The position numbers were made by a program, and so were the translations under genes. From Candidatus Obscuribacter sp. (lineage in GTDB: Bacteria > Cyanobacteriota > Vampirovibrionia > Obscuribacterales > Obscuribacteraceae): DNA of 64,000 nt. Positions 8,739 to 18,038 of this stretch are shown here, piece by piece. The notes under the pieces are model-generated. The model was not told the origin of the DNA, did not search any database, and saw nothing but the letters and a program-made list of their open reading frames with translations. Where the stretch lies: positions 10,786-74,785 of the forward strand of contig JADYXR010000001.1 in NCBI GenBank assembly GCA_021772095.1. The letters are read 5' to 3'. The first letter of the stretch is position 1; the number at the start of each line of letters is the position of its first letter.

Positions 8739-9884
8739 TTGACCACAGCGCGCAATCTGAAAGACCTGCCAGTCAGTCCGAACGTACCGGCAAACGCTCG
8801 TTCCCTCTGCATTGCCGTCATCGTTTCGCTCTTTTCGCTGGCGTTGGCTCATTGGTTAGCGCCACTCGAGGATGTAGTTTTGCAGCAGATCACCCCTGCA
8901 CTGGCAGATCTCGGTTTAAAACTGCCCGGCACTGAAGCAAAGTCCGGTCAATTTTCCAGCTTTGTTCAGTTTTTGATTTTGTTTGGAACGGCAGTGGCCG
9001 CAGCAGAGAGCGGTCTGAGACTGAAGTCGCTTGCAAAACTGATCGCGCCCGCCTTGATCCTGTTCTTAGGCTCTTGCTTCGTTCAAACCGCCCTGTTTGT
9101 CGCGTTCAGTATCACACCATTGTTTGCCACCACGATCGTTGTCACCATTCTTGGCGCAGCGGGCGGACTCCTGGTGGAACAATATCTGCAAAAACAAAAG
9201 CTGATGGAGAGCAAAACCTACGAGTTGTTTTTGCGCAATGAAGAACTCGGCAAAGCGCGCCTCGATCTCGTCCGGCAAGACGAGACAGCAAGACGCGTTC
9301 TGGCTGCCGATCTCCATGACCAGGTTTTAAACGACCTCAAAAAAATCATGGAGACGTTTAACAAATTCGAAAAAGATCCAAACGATCGAGAGGCTAGCGG
9401 AGCCATCCGTGCAGGTTTCAACAAGACCTTGACCGACATCCGCGAAATCATGGATGACCTTTGCCCAATCATGCTGCAGAACTTCGGCATGCGAGCAGCG
9501 GTCGAAGACTGCCTTGAGAAGGGTAAGGAGCGATCCGGTTTTGACATCAAATTCGACTGCACGGTAGATGACGAAGTGCTCGAAAAATTGACGGAAGTTG
9601 AACAAGCGCTGCTATTTCGTTTAGCGCAAGAGTCGATTACAAACATTTCCAAACACGCAAAAGCTCGCAACGTAGCCATTCTCATCGAGCGCAATAAAGA
9701 CAATTTGAATATTTCGATCGAAGATGACGGTGTCGGTATCGATTACAAAACGGTATCGCACCAGTCGCGCGGTTTGAGTTACATGAAACTGCGCGCCGAT
9801 TTAATAGACGCGGCGGTCGAGTGGAAACCCGGTCGTGAAGGCAAGGGAACGAAGGTAGTGATTATTTTTCCACTGCCGGTTTAA
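8739..9884 (+). CDS. Membrane sensor histidine kinase, HisKA_3 (NarX/LiaS/DesK-like) type
   Basis: N-terminal hydrophobic helices, an H-box AADLHDQVLNDL typical of HisKA_3, and an HATPase_c region (NISIEDDGVGID ... GKGTKVVIIFPLP). TTG start at 8739. Confidence 0.85.
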   Translation: MTTARNLKDLPVSPNVPANARSLCIAVIVSLFSLALAHWLAPLEDVVLQQITPALADLGLKLPGTEAKSGQFSSFVQFLILFGTAVAAAESGLRLKSLAKLIAPALILFLGSCFVQTALFVAFSITPLFATTIVVTILGAAGGLLVEQYLQKQKLMESKTYELFLRNEELGKARLDLVRQDETARRVLAADLHDQVLNDLKKIMETFNKFEKDPNDREASGAIRAGFNKTLTDIREIMDDLCPIMLQNFGMRAAVEDCLEKGKERSGFDIKFDCTVDDEVLEKLTEVEQALLFRLAQESITNISKHAKARNVAILIERNKDNLNISIEDDGVGIDYKTVSHQSRGLSYMKLRADLIDAAVEWKPGREGKGTKVVIIFPLPV

Positions 9885-9921
9885 ACAACACGGCGGGCGA
9901 AAATCACTGGTCTAGAGCTTA

Positions 9922-11019
9922 CTATTTAAGAGCGCCTTTCAAGGCTTCGGTGATCGACCTGGTGTAGTCGGGTTTTAAAATACCGGCTTCTGTGATGATC
10001 GCTGTAATCAGCTTGGCCGGCGTCACATCGAATGCCGGGTTGTAAGCGCGGGCACCGCCTACGGTGATCGATGCATCGTTTATCATTGTCACTTCCGATT
10101 CATTTCGATGTTCGATCGGAATCAGATCTCCGCTAGCAAGGGCACCATCTACGGTGGACAAAGGTGCTGCGATGTAAAACGGGATGTTGTGATAATGCGC
10201 AAGAACAGCCAGGTTATATGTTCCAATTTTGTTGGCAGTGTCGCCGTTCACGGCGATGCGATCGGCGCCTGTGATCACCAGATCGACCTTGCCCGTCGCC
10301 ATCAAATGACCAGCCATGTTATCGCAAACGAGCGTAGCGGGAATCTGATCTTCTTTCAATTCCCACATCGTGAGCTTGGCGCCCTGGTGGCGTGGTCTGG
10401 TTTCATCCACGAAAACTTCCGGCTTCAGCCCTTTTATGTGAGCTGAGCGGATTACGCCAAGTGCAGTTCCCCAGCCGCATGTAGCCAGCGATCCGGCGTT
10501 GCAGTGAGTGAGAACACGGGCTTCGTTTTTAAACAATTCTGCGCCAAGGTCACTGAGAGTTTTATTGACGGCAATGTGATGCTCCATCACTTTGTACGCT
10601 TCCTCTTTCAAATAAAGCGCAACTTCCACGGTCGTCTTTTTCTCGTGGAAACCGCGGGTGGCGCGGTCGATAATAAGATCCACGGACCATGCGAGGTTAA
10701 CGGCAGTCGGCCTGGTCGCCTTCAGTTCCCAACCTTTCACTGCCAGAGCAGCGAGGAAAGTCTTCTCGTCGGTTATTTTCGACGCCAGAAGAACAGCTTC
10801 CCAGGCTAGCGAGAAAGCAGCAGCGACGCCAATCGACGGAGCCCCTCGAACGACCAGGTTTTTAATGGCAATCAACATGTCATCAAATGCGGTGGCATTG
10901 AAATATTCTACTGACTCAGGCAATTTAGTCTGGTCGATCAACAGGATTTGGTCACCTTCGCCGATCAAGACCGGCATTGTGCCGAGTCCGATTTCTGAAA
11001 TTGTCGAATTAGATGTCAT
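9922..11019 (-). CDS. mtnA: Methylthioribose-1-phosphate isomerase (eIF-2B alpha/beta/delta family)
   Basis: Full-length pattern typical of MtnA: LIDQTKLP, VRGAPSIGVAAA, RPTAVNL, THCNAGSLAT, GTALGVIR, ETRPRHQGAKLT, GADRIAVNGDTANKIGTY. Confidence 0.85.
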   Translation of the reverse strand: MTSNSTISEIGLGTMPVLIGEGDQILLIDQTKLPESVEYFNATAFDDMLIAIKNLVVRGAPSIGVAAAFSLAWEAVLLASKITDEKTFLAALAVKGWELKATRPTAVNLAWSVDLIIDRATRGFHEKKTTVEVALYLKEEAYKVMEHHIAVNKTLSDLGAELFKNEARVLTHCNAGSLATCGWGTALGVIRSAHIKGLKPEVFVDETRPRHQGAKLTMWELKEDQIPATLVCDNMAGHLMATGKVDLVITGADRIAVNGDTANKIGTYNLAVLAHYHNIPFYIAAPLSTVDGALASGDLIPIEHRNESEVTMINDASITVGGARAYNPAFDVTPAKLITAIITEAGILKPDYTRSITEALKGALK

Positions 11020-11060
11020 CTACATGTCCTTATCGCGATATCAGTTTCGAAACAGAGCAG

Positions 11061-11100
11061 AAAACAAAAGAGACGGCGAACTATTCAGAATGCCGTCTCC
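11061..11100 (-). terminator. Rho-independent terminator after ftsZ
   Basis: GAGACGGC 11070-11077 pairs with GCCGTCTC 11092-11099. On the minus strand the stem is followed by TTTTGTTTT (plus-strand aaaacaaaa at 11061-11069). Confidence 0.6.
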
Positions 11101-11123
11101 TTCAATTTTATTAGATCAACGAC

Positions 11124-12314
11124 CTACTTCTTTTCAGTAGGAGTTCTCGCTCTCAAGAATTCTGGGATGTCCAGAATGTCGGAGGCGATTTTCTTCATTT
11201 CTTCGTTGGCTTGTTGTGGTCTTGCCGGTTCCGCAAATGCTGCTTGCGGTTGAACTTGTTGCACCGGATGCTGATATACACCGGATTGAGTAGGCGAAGC
11301 TTCACGGGCTCTCGGTTGCATTTGTGGAATGCCATTAGCTCCCTGAATCGCCATGTCAAAACCCGTTGCTATTACCGTGATCAACACTTCGCCGTGGAGG
11401 CGATCGTCGAGCACCGCACCGAAGATGATGTTGGCGTCTTCGGAAACTGACTGATAGACAACGTTTGCAGCTTCTTGAACTTCGTGCAGTGTCAGGTCCG
11501 GTCCGCCAGTGACGGTGAAGATGACGCCGGAGGCACCAGTGATGGTGGTCTCGAGAAGTGGGCTGTTGATTGCGCTTCTGGCTGCTTCAACCGCTCTGCC
11601 TTCTCCGGATGCGCGTCCTACGCCCATGAGGGCGGAACCGGCTGTTTGCATAACGGCCTTCACATCGGCGAAGTCTACGTTGATTAGACCAGGAACGGTA
11701 ATGATGTCGGAAATACCCTGGACACCTTGCATCAATACTTTGTCGGCTTCTACGAAAGCTTCTTGCATCGATGCTCTGTGGTCCACGATTTCGATCAAAC
11801 GCTGGTTAGGAATCACAATCAAGGTGTCAACCTTGCTGCGGATTTCATTGATACCAGCTTCGGCTTGATTGGCGCGTCTGCGACCTTCAAAGAAAAATGG
11901 TCTGGAGACAACACCGACGGTCAGTGCGCCCAGTTCTTTCGCTACTTCGGCAACGATTGGAGCGGCACCAGTTCCGGTACCACCACCCATGCCGGCGGCG
12001 ATGAAGACCATGTCGGAGCCTTGAATCGCAGCTGCGATTTCTTCACGGCTCTCTTCAGCGGCTTTGGTGCCGACTTGTGGGTTTCCACCCGCTCCGAGTC
12101 CACGGGTCAGCTTCGCGCCGATTTGCAATCTGTTTTTAGCAGCTGCCAATTCCAGTGCTTGGGCATCCGTATTACAGGCCCAAAATTCGACACCATTGAG
12201 TCCGGTGGCAATCATGCGATTAACCGCATTAGAACCGGCTCCGCCAACTCCGACGACTTTGATTTTCGCCTTGAGTTCAAATTCCCTAACTTTTATATCC
12301 GCTTGCTCAGGCAC
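11124..12314 (-). CDS. ftsZ: Cell division GTPase FtsZ
   Basis: [17 protein letters not shown], the tubulin signature [17 protein letters not shown], and the conserved C-terminal peptide [10 protein letters not shown]. Confidence 0.97.
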   Translation of the reverse strand: MPEQADIKVREFELKAKIKVVGVGGAGSNAVNRMIATGLNGVEFWACNTDAQALELAAAKNRLQIGAKLTRGLGAGGNPQVGTKAAEESREEIAAAIQGSDMVFIAAGMGGGTGTGAAPIVAEVAKELGALTVGVVSRPFFFEGRRRANQAEAGINEIRSKVDTLIVIPNQRLIEIVDHRASMQEAFVEADKVLMQGVQGISDIITVPGLINVDFADVKAVMQTAGSALMGVGRASGEGRAVEAARSAINSPLLETTITGASGVIFTVTGGPDLTLHEVQEAANVVYQSVSEDANIIFGAVLDDRLHGEVLITVIATGFDMAIQGANGIPQMQPRAREASPTQSGVYQHPVQQVQPQAAFAEPARPQQANEEMKKIASDILDIPEFLRARTPTEKK

Positions 12315-12581
12315 GGTATGTAACCTCTTAGATCAGTCGCAATTTTTTTTTGATGGACATGACTGACGTCGCCTCGGCTGTTGCGCTCGGGCTCTCGTGT
12401 ATATGTCCTGATTTGAAAATGGTATGACCTTATACTTCTATTTGCAAGTTGGAACGCTGGTTATATAGTTAACCTTTTCGAAAACCAACCCTGATTCGAA
12501 ATGGTTGCCAGTAGGTCCGGGACACGATCTTGGGCTACCCCAAAATTCCGAAATCCCGGGCCCGGTTTGTAAATTAAAACC

Positions 12582-13427
12582 TTATTTGCTTTTGCTTGCA
12601 GTCTTGCTTGCAGCCGCTTTTATCTTTTCCAGCGTCATTTGGTACGATTTGTTGTCAGGCTTGATGTCCACTGCCTTTTGGGCAAAACCAATGGCAACTT
12701 TGAATTCGCCGTCGGCCGCTTTTATACCTGCTAGATATCTGTAAGCATCAGCATTCCGGGGGTCCACCCTTACACATTTCTCAAGTAAGGGAATCGCTTC
12801 AGCTTTGCGGTCGAGGTTGACGTAAGCCGTACCGAGGTAATAGAGCGAGTCTCCATCATCCGGCTTGATTGACAACGCTTTTTTCTCTTCCTCGATTTGT
12901 CCTTTGATATCACCCTTCAAACCAAGCGCAGCGCCCAATTCGCGATGAGATTCGTAGTGATTGTTGTCGAGTTTGAGAGCCTGGCGATACGAGACGATCG
13001 CTTTCTCCATATTTTTTTGACGAACGTAAAGATTGCCAATCTTGTAATGAATGTCCGCACTATTAGGATTGCAGAGTGAAGCATCCTGCAAAGCTTGCAA
13101 GGCACCGGCATCATCACCTTTACGAACCAGAGCGCGCGAAACGCCGATATAAGCGTCAGAACTATCGGGTGTCAGCTTGATCACTTCTTTGAAAGATTTG
13201 ATCGCGTTATCGAAATCGCCGGACATATGGTACGCATTCGCTAGTGCCAGATGGTTCTTCGGATTCTTAGGATTCATTCCGACAGCGGCCTTATATCGAA
13301 CGATAGTGTTTTGAATATCTTCCTTGTCCTGCGTAGTGATATCACCAGCAATGGCGTTACCCGATACGGTAAACAAACCGAGCGCCAGTGCGAGTGCTAT
13401 CGGAAGGGACGTATAGCTGTTCTTCAT
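12582..13427 (-). CDS. Exported TPR-repeat protein
   Basis: Signal-like MKNSYTSLPIALALALGLFTVSGNAIA, then repeated 34-aa TPR patterns (ALANAYHMSGDFDNAIKSFKEVIKLTP, and others). The ORF track extends to 13466; the ATG at 13427 gives the signal peptide. Confidence 0.7.
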   Translation of the reverse strand: MKNSYTSLPIALALALGLFTVSGNAIAGDITTQDKEDIQNTIVRYKAAVGMNPKNPKNHLALANAYHMSGDFDNAIKSFKEVIKLTPDSSDAYIGVSRALVRKGDDAGALQALQDASLCNPNSADIHYKIGNLYVRQKNMEKAIVSYRQALKLDNNHYESHRELGAALGLKGDIKGQIEEEKKALSIKPDDGDSLYYLGTAYVNLDRKAEAIPLLEKCVRVDPRNADAYRYLAGIKAADGEFKVAIGFAQKAVDIKPDNKSYQMTLEKIKAAASKTASKSK

Positions 13428-13573
13428 CGTTTTTCTTCCCATATCAATTGCGTTGCGCGGATTCATTTTTTATGTACCTCATCATTATCCTAGGATTGTC
13501 TGTGCAGCAAGCTGCTCGACTTATGTTGTTGCGAATTTTAGCAAGTATATCTCTGCGATATCGGAAAGAAATC

Positions 13574-14515
13574 TCACTGAGAAGCGTGTAACTGCTGCGA
13601 CGCGGCCACGGCTCTCGATGCCTGGAGCAGCTTAACCAGCGCCGCTCGGGATGCGCTGTCGCGCGGGTTGATTTGGATGGCGCGCTTGTAGGCTTCTACA
13701 GCGCGACCTTTTTCTTCCAACTTTTCGTAAACATCGCCGAGCGATAAAAAGGCGTAGTGATTTTCCGGAGCGATGGCAACCGCCTTGAGGCAGCATTTAA
13801 GCGCTTCCTGATTATCACCGTTGAGCATACTCGCGTTAGCCAATCCGAGATATGCCATGACATGTTTTGGATCTATTGCGACTACACGATCGAAATATTT
13901 CCTGGCGGCAACGCCGTCACCTTTTCGCAAATAAGATGCGCCCAGGTTATAGAGCACCACGGTGTCATACGAATTCGTTTTCAGTATCAATTTAAACTGT
14001 TCGATTGCAGCATCAACGAAACCTAAATGCTGGAGACACAAAGCATAGTTGCCGCGCACCGACGTGTCGTTGGGTGAAAGGTCGACGATTTGTTTAAGCT
14101 GCCCACCGGCTTCGTCGTAGTTTCCTTGCTTCATAAGAATAGAAGCGATTTCAGCACGCGCACCTAAATTGGCTTCCGGATGATCGGCATTCAATATTAG
14201 TGATTGAAAAAGCTCTTTCAGTGCTTCGTTGTTGCTGCCGAGCCGAGCCAGTGCGCGCCCGTACTTCAAATGCGCTTCAGCGCTGCCGGGTTCTGCCACC
14301 ACGGCTTGCTGATAGAAATTCACAGAACCGTGATAAGCACCGGTACTGTAGAGCTGATCGCCGCGCGCGACCATCTTTTTGCATTCGCGTTCTGACGCTT
14401 TTGGTATGACCGAAGCAAGTCCGGGCAAAGGGAGCGCGAGCAAACAGGCGTATAAAACGACGGCTCGGCTAGAGGAGGACCTGAGGGCTTTGAATAAACT
14501 TATTGATTTGCTCAC
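13574..14515 (-). CDS. Exported TPR-repeat protein
   Basis: Hydrophobic N-terminus (AVVLYACLLALPLPGLAS) followed by multiple TPR units (e.g. AHLKYGRALARLGSNNEALKELFQSL, AYLGLANASMLNGDNQEALKCCLKAVAIAP). Confidence 0.7.
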   Translation of the reverse strand: MSKSISLFKALRSSSSRAVVLYACLLALPLPGLASVIPKASERECKKMVARGDQLYSTGAYHGSVNFYQQAVVAEPGSAEAHLKYGRALARLGSNNEALKELFQSLILNADHPEANLGARAEIASILMKQGNYDEAGGQLKQIVDLSPNDTSVRGNYALCLQHLGFVDAAIEQFKLILKTNSYDTVVLYNLGASYLRKGDGVAARKYFDRVVAIDPKHVMAYLGLANASMLNGDNQEALKCCLKAVAIAPENHYAFLSLGDVYEKLEEKGRAVEAYKRAIQINPRDSASRAALVKLLQASRAVAASQQLHASQ

Positions 14516-14612
14516 TCCTACATTATAGGAAAGTCGCTGGCGTTGCGCCGTGCTAGATGAGTGCCAAGTAATCAGACTCGATAAAATAATTTGCTGAAAC
14601 CTGATTTCAATC

Positions 14613-15983
14613 TTGAAAACGCAATTGGCTCAAGCATGGTTTAAACTTAGCTCAGAAAGGCGGTATCTGTACCATATGAACTTTTTCGGCATCGGACTCG
14701 ACTATTCATTTATCGATTTCACGCAGCATCCTCAGGCGTTTATCATTAAGTTCGCGTTTCCTATAATCTTTTACGCGTTCCACGGATATGCAGCAACCTG
14801 GCTTGCTGTGCGGATGCTGTTCCGTCCTTACCAGGCGCACTACTGGCCGTTTACTAAGATTCAAATTCCTTTGACACCAGGAATTTTTCCGAAGCGTCAG
14901 TCGAAACTCGCTCAGGCTGTGGCGACTACGATCACCGACACGCTGTTGACGCCTGCCGACATCAAGGCGCGCGCAGAAGAACTCGTCAATGAAGAAAATA
15001 TTTTCAAGTCAGTCGATCTTTTTGTCGACAACGTTTTTCTCAAAGAGTTTCGCGATACCACCAAACTGCATCGTCTTGCCAATGACATTGCAACGCTGAG
15101 TCCGACACTATTGCGACAGTTTGTTGATTCGACCATCACGTCACTGGAACAGGGCAAGGATACAAAGATTGCCTCTATCACCGAGAAAATATTCGAACAA
15201 ATTTTGATGGGCTCGCGCATCACTTTCGATCAAGCAAACGAAATCGCACAGCGCATCATGGAAAATTTTCTTACGCCTGAGAAAATTCGCAACGGATTGA
15301 TTATTCTCTTGAGTCCGCAAAACATCAATGCGCTGGAAGAGTCGATCAATGTCCATGCCAGCGGTCCATATCGCATACTGGCGCGGATTATCGGAGTCAA
15401 AAGAGTATGCACTGAGTGGCGTACTTTTCTTGAAAAGGAACCCAACGAAGCGCTAAAAATGATTGGCGATCTGACAAAACGTTTTGGTATCAAACATCAA
15501 ATAGCCATTCAGATAGCCAACTTCGATCTGCGCGCCATGCCGATCGACAACATCGCCAGCTTGAAAAAGAACGTCGTCAAATTTGTAGAAACTTTTTTGG
15601 TAGAACACAAAGCGGACATATTAGAAGCCTGCAGGAAGCTCGAAGACGAAGCAATGGCAACCGTTCGCAATGCCGTTTTGCGATTCAACCCGGAAACAAT
15701 TCCGCCCGAATGGCTGCTCAATGTGAAGCGCAATATCGCCAGTTTCGCTTATTCGTATTTGAAACGAGAACTTGGAACCATGGTTGAACACGCCATCCCA
15801 TCTCTGGGTGTGCATGCGTTGATCGCCAGAAAAATAGATTTGTTCGCGCCTCAACAACTCGAGATGTTGGTTTATCGAATCTGCCAAAACGAACTGCATG
15901 CTCTTGAGCTTTTCGGTCTTGTAATCGGAGCGGCGATGGGTACCATACAGATTATCCTGAACGGCTTCACCTACTTGCATTAG
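14613..15983 (+). CDS. DUF445-family membrane protein
   Basis: WLAVRMLFRPYQAHYWPF...IPLTPGIFPKRQSKLAQAVATTITDTLL matches the DUF445 N-terminal signature, and there is a C-terminal hydrophobic helix. Start is uncertain (TTG 14613 or ATG 14676). Confidence 0.55.
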   Translation: MKTQLAQAWFKLSSERRYLYHMNFFGIGLDYSFIDFTQHPQAFIIKFAFPIIFYAFHGYAATWLAVRMLFRPYQAHYWPFTKIQIPLTPGIFPKRQSKLAQAVATTITDTLLTPADIKARAEELVNEENIFKSVDLFVDNVFLKEFRDTTKLHRLANDIATLSPTLLRQFVDSTITSLEQGKDTKIASITEKIFEQILMGSRITFDQANEIAQRIMENFLTPEKIRNGLIILLSPQNINALEESINVHASGPYRILARIIGVKRVCTEWRTFLEKEPNEALKMIGDLTKRFGIKHQIAIQIANFDLRAMPIDNIASLKKNVVKFVETFLVEHKADILEACRKLEDEAMATVRNAVLRFNPETIPPEWLLNVKRNIASFAYSYLKRELGTMVEHAIPSLGVHALIARKIDLFAPQQLEMLVYRICQNELHALELFGLVIGAAMGTIQIILNGFTYLH

Positions 15984-16139
15984 ACCGGGCACCACTCCAG
16001 ATTGATCCAGTCAAGGAAGGGGAACATGTTGATTGTGTCTATTGCGTATCGTTGTCAAGCGGCGAGCGTTTTGGCAACCGGAGTCCGTCCGCGAATCCCA
16101 GTCATCGGACGAAAAGGCTAGTAAATTAAAACAGCGCAA

Positions 16140-18023
16140 ATGCTGACCAAAGATACTCGACGGTTTGTTTCCCGGGGATTTATTCGATCCCTGTCAGGCA
16201 CTGTTGCCCGGAAATCCGACACCGGCGAGCTGGTTACTTATCAGATCCTCATTCCTCAAGACAAGCTCGATCTTCTCGTCGGCATCACCCTGGAAGACCG
16301 ATATTATGTGATGTCCTTGCTCGGTAAAGGCGGAATGAGTCTCGTCTACAAAGCCAAGGATATGAAGACTGGAGAAATCGTCGCGGTGAAGTGCTTGCGA
16401 ACGCAAGTGCTCGGCGATGAGATGGTCGTCAAACGATTCAAGCGCGAAGCCGATGTCCTCGATCGCCTCAACCATCCACGCATCGTCAACTTTTACGGAT
16501 ACGGTACGAATCGGCGCGGGCAGCCGTACTTCGTCATGGATTATTTGATCGGCACCAGCCTTGGTGAGATTCTGCGCACCGAAGGTCGGCTAGAACTGGG
16601 GCGCTTTCAGGACATCTTCGTTCAGGTCGCCGCGGCGATTGGCCACGCTCACAAACACGATGCCGTGCACCGCGACATAAAACCGGGCAACATCATGCTG
16701 GTGGAGCGCGGCGGGACTTCCGACTATGTGAAGATCGTCGACTTCGGAATCGCGAAAGTAACTGAAGGAACGCAAAAACTCACGCGTGTCGGCGAGGTCT
16801 GGGGCAGTCCAATCTACATGAGTCCCGAGCAGTGTGTTGGCGGCGGCATCGATTCACGCACCGACATTTATTCGCTTGGCGTGGTGATGTACGAGGCGCT
16901 CACAGGTGAGGTTCCATTCCTCGGCAGAAATTATGCAGACACGATGATGAAGCAAATTTCCGAAGAGCCACCGACGTTCAAACAAGCAAATCCCAAAATC
17001 GAAATTCCAGCGGAACTGGAGGCGATCGTGTTTCGCGCGATGCAGAAGAAGCCCGAAGCTCGCTATCAAACAATGATGGAAGTGAAACGAGATCTCGAAA
17101 AAGCGCTCAACAACAGCGTCGAGATATTGCCGAAGCCGCAACCATCTCTATTGAGCGTGTCCGGAAAGCATCAAATTACAGATGTGGTACCCGACTACGA
17201 AATCGACAGCAGAAGAGTGACATCAGATCAACTCAGCAACAATGTGAAAATCGAAAAGCCAGCATCTGAGTTACAACAACGAGTTACGTCTGAAGATGTT
17301 CCTCGCTTCGGCTCTCAAGAACGGCTTAACCAGACGACCTTGAAGTCTGGTCCGCCCGCGGCAGAAAGCACGATACCGCCGGTGGCAAAACCGGCGGATA
17401 TGAAACCGGCTCGCGCACAGGCACCAACTCCGGTGCCCGATCTGGATTTTGCTCCGCCAGAAGATAAGCGAACAAAATTTGAACTCACCGGTCCGCATAT
17501 TATATCGGCAAGCACTGACTCTGTTGCAAAACCGGCATCACGCTCGAGTCCGCGCGCAAGCGGGCAGAATCTTGCGCAGAGTCGTCCCGGCGAAATTACC
17601 AACGATCGACAACGCATTGGTGGCGAAGGACGAAAGAAAACCACGTCATCAATGAGAACTCCTCGAAAGAATGCAAGAACAAGTCGCAATCGCCTGCCAG
17701 CCGGAGTGGCGGACAAGCTCGAAAAAGACACCGCCCGCAGTGGCAAGTACAAACCGGCTATCGCGAAAGAAGGCGGCGGCGTCATTAAACAGCTGCTCAT
17801 CGCCCTTCTCATTTTTGCGGCGGTAATCGTCGGCTACGCTAATCGCGACTATTTCGATTCGTTCGTGAAAGAAGTGTTCACTTTTCCTGGCACACAAACG
17901 AGTCCAGGCGACACTAGCAGTACTGGCGCTCAATCGACCGATCAAAAAATCGAATCGTCGGGAAGTACTGATGCCGAACCAACTTCAACTGAACCAAGCA
18001 GCACTGACTTAACCGACCCGTAA
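16140..18023 (+). CDS. Hanks-type Ser/Thr protein kinase with disordered linker and one C-terminal TM helix
   Basis: Kinase motifs: GKGGMSLVYKA, VAVK, HRDIKPGNIML, DFGIAK, SPEQ. Then a P/S/T/R-rich stretch, the TM helix LLIALLIFAAVIVGYA, and an S/T-rich tail. Confidence 0.9.
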   Translation: MLTKDTRRFVSRGFIRSLSGTVARKSDTGELVTYQILIPQDKLDLLVGITLEDRYYVMSLLGKGGMSLVYKAKDMKTGEIVAVKCLRTQVLGDEMVVKRFKREADVLDRLNHPRIVNFYGYGTNRRGQPYFVMDYLIGTSLGEILRTEGRLELGRFQDIFVQVAAAIGHAHKHDAVHRDIKPGNIMLVERGGTSDYVKIVDFGIAKVTEGTQKLTRVGEVWGSPIYMSPEQCVGGGIDSRTDIYSLGVVMYEALTGEVPFLGRNYADTMMKQISEEPPTFKQANPKIEIPAELEAIVFRAMQKKPEARYQTMMEVKRDLEKALNNSVEILPKPQPSLLSVSGKHQITDVVPDYEIDSRRVTSDQLSNNVKIEKPASELQQRVTSEDVPRFGSQERLNQTTLKSGPPAAESTIPPVAKPADMKPARAQAPTPVPDLDFAPPEDKRTKFELTGPHIISASTDSVAKPASRSSPRASGQNLAQSRPGEITNDRQRIGGEGRKKTTSSMRTPRKNARTSRNRLPAGVADKLEKDTARSGKYKPAIAKEGGGVIKQLLIALLIFAAVIVGYANRDYFDSFVKEVFTFPGTQTSPGDTSSTGAQSTDQKIESSGSTDAEPTSTEPSSTDLTDP

Positions 18024-18038
18024 TTGAACGGCGTCGGC

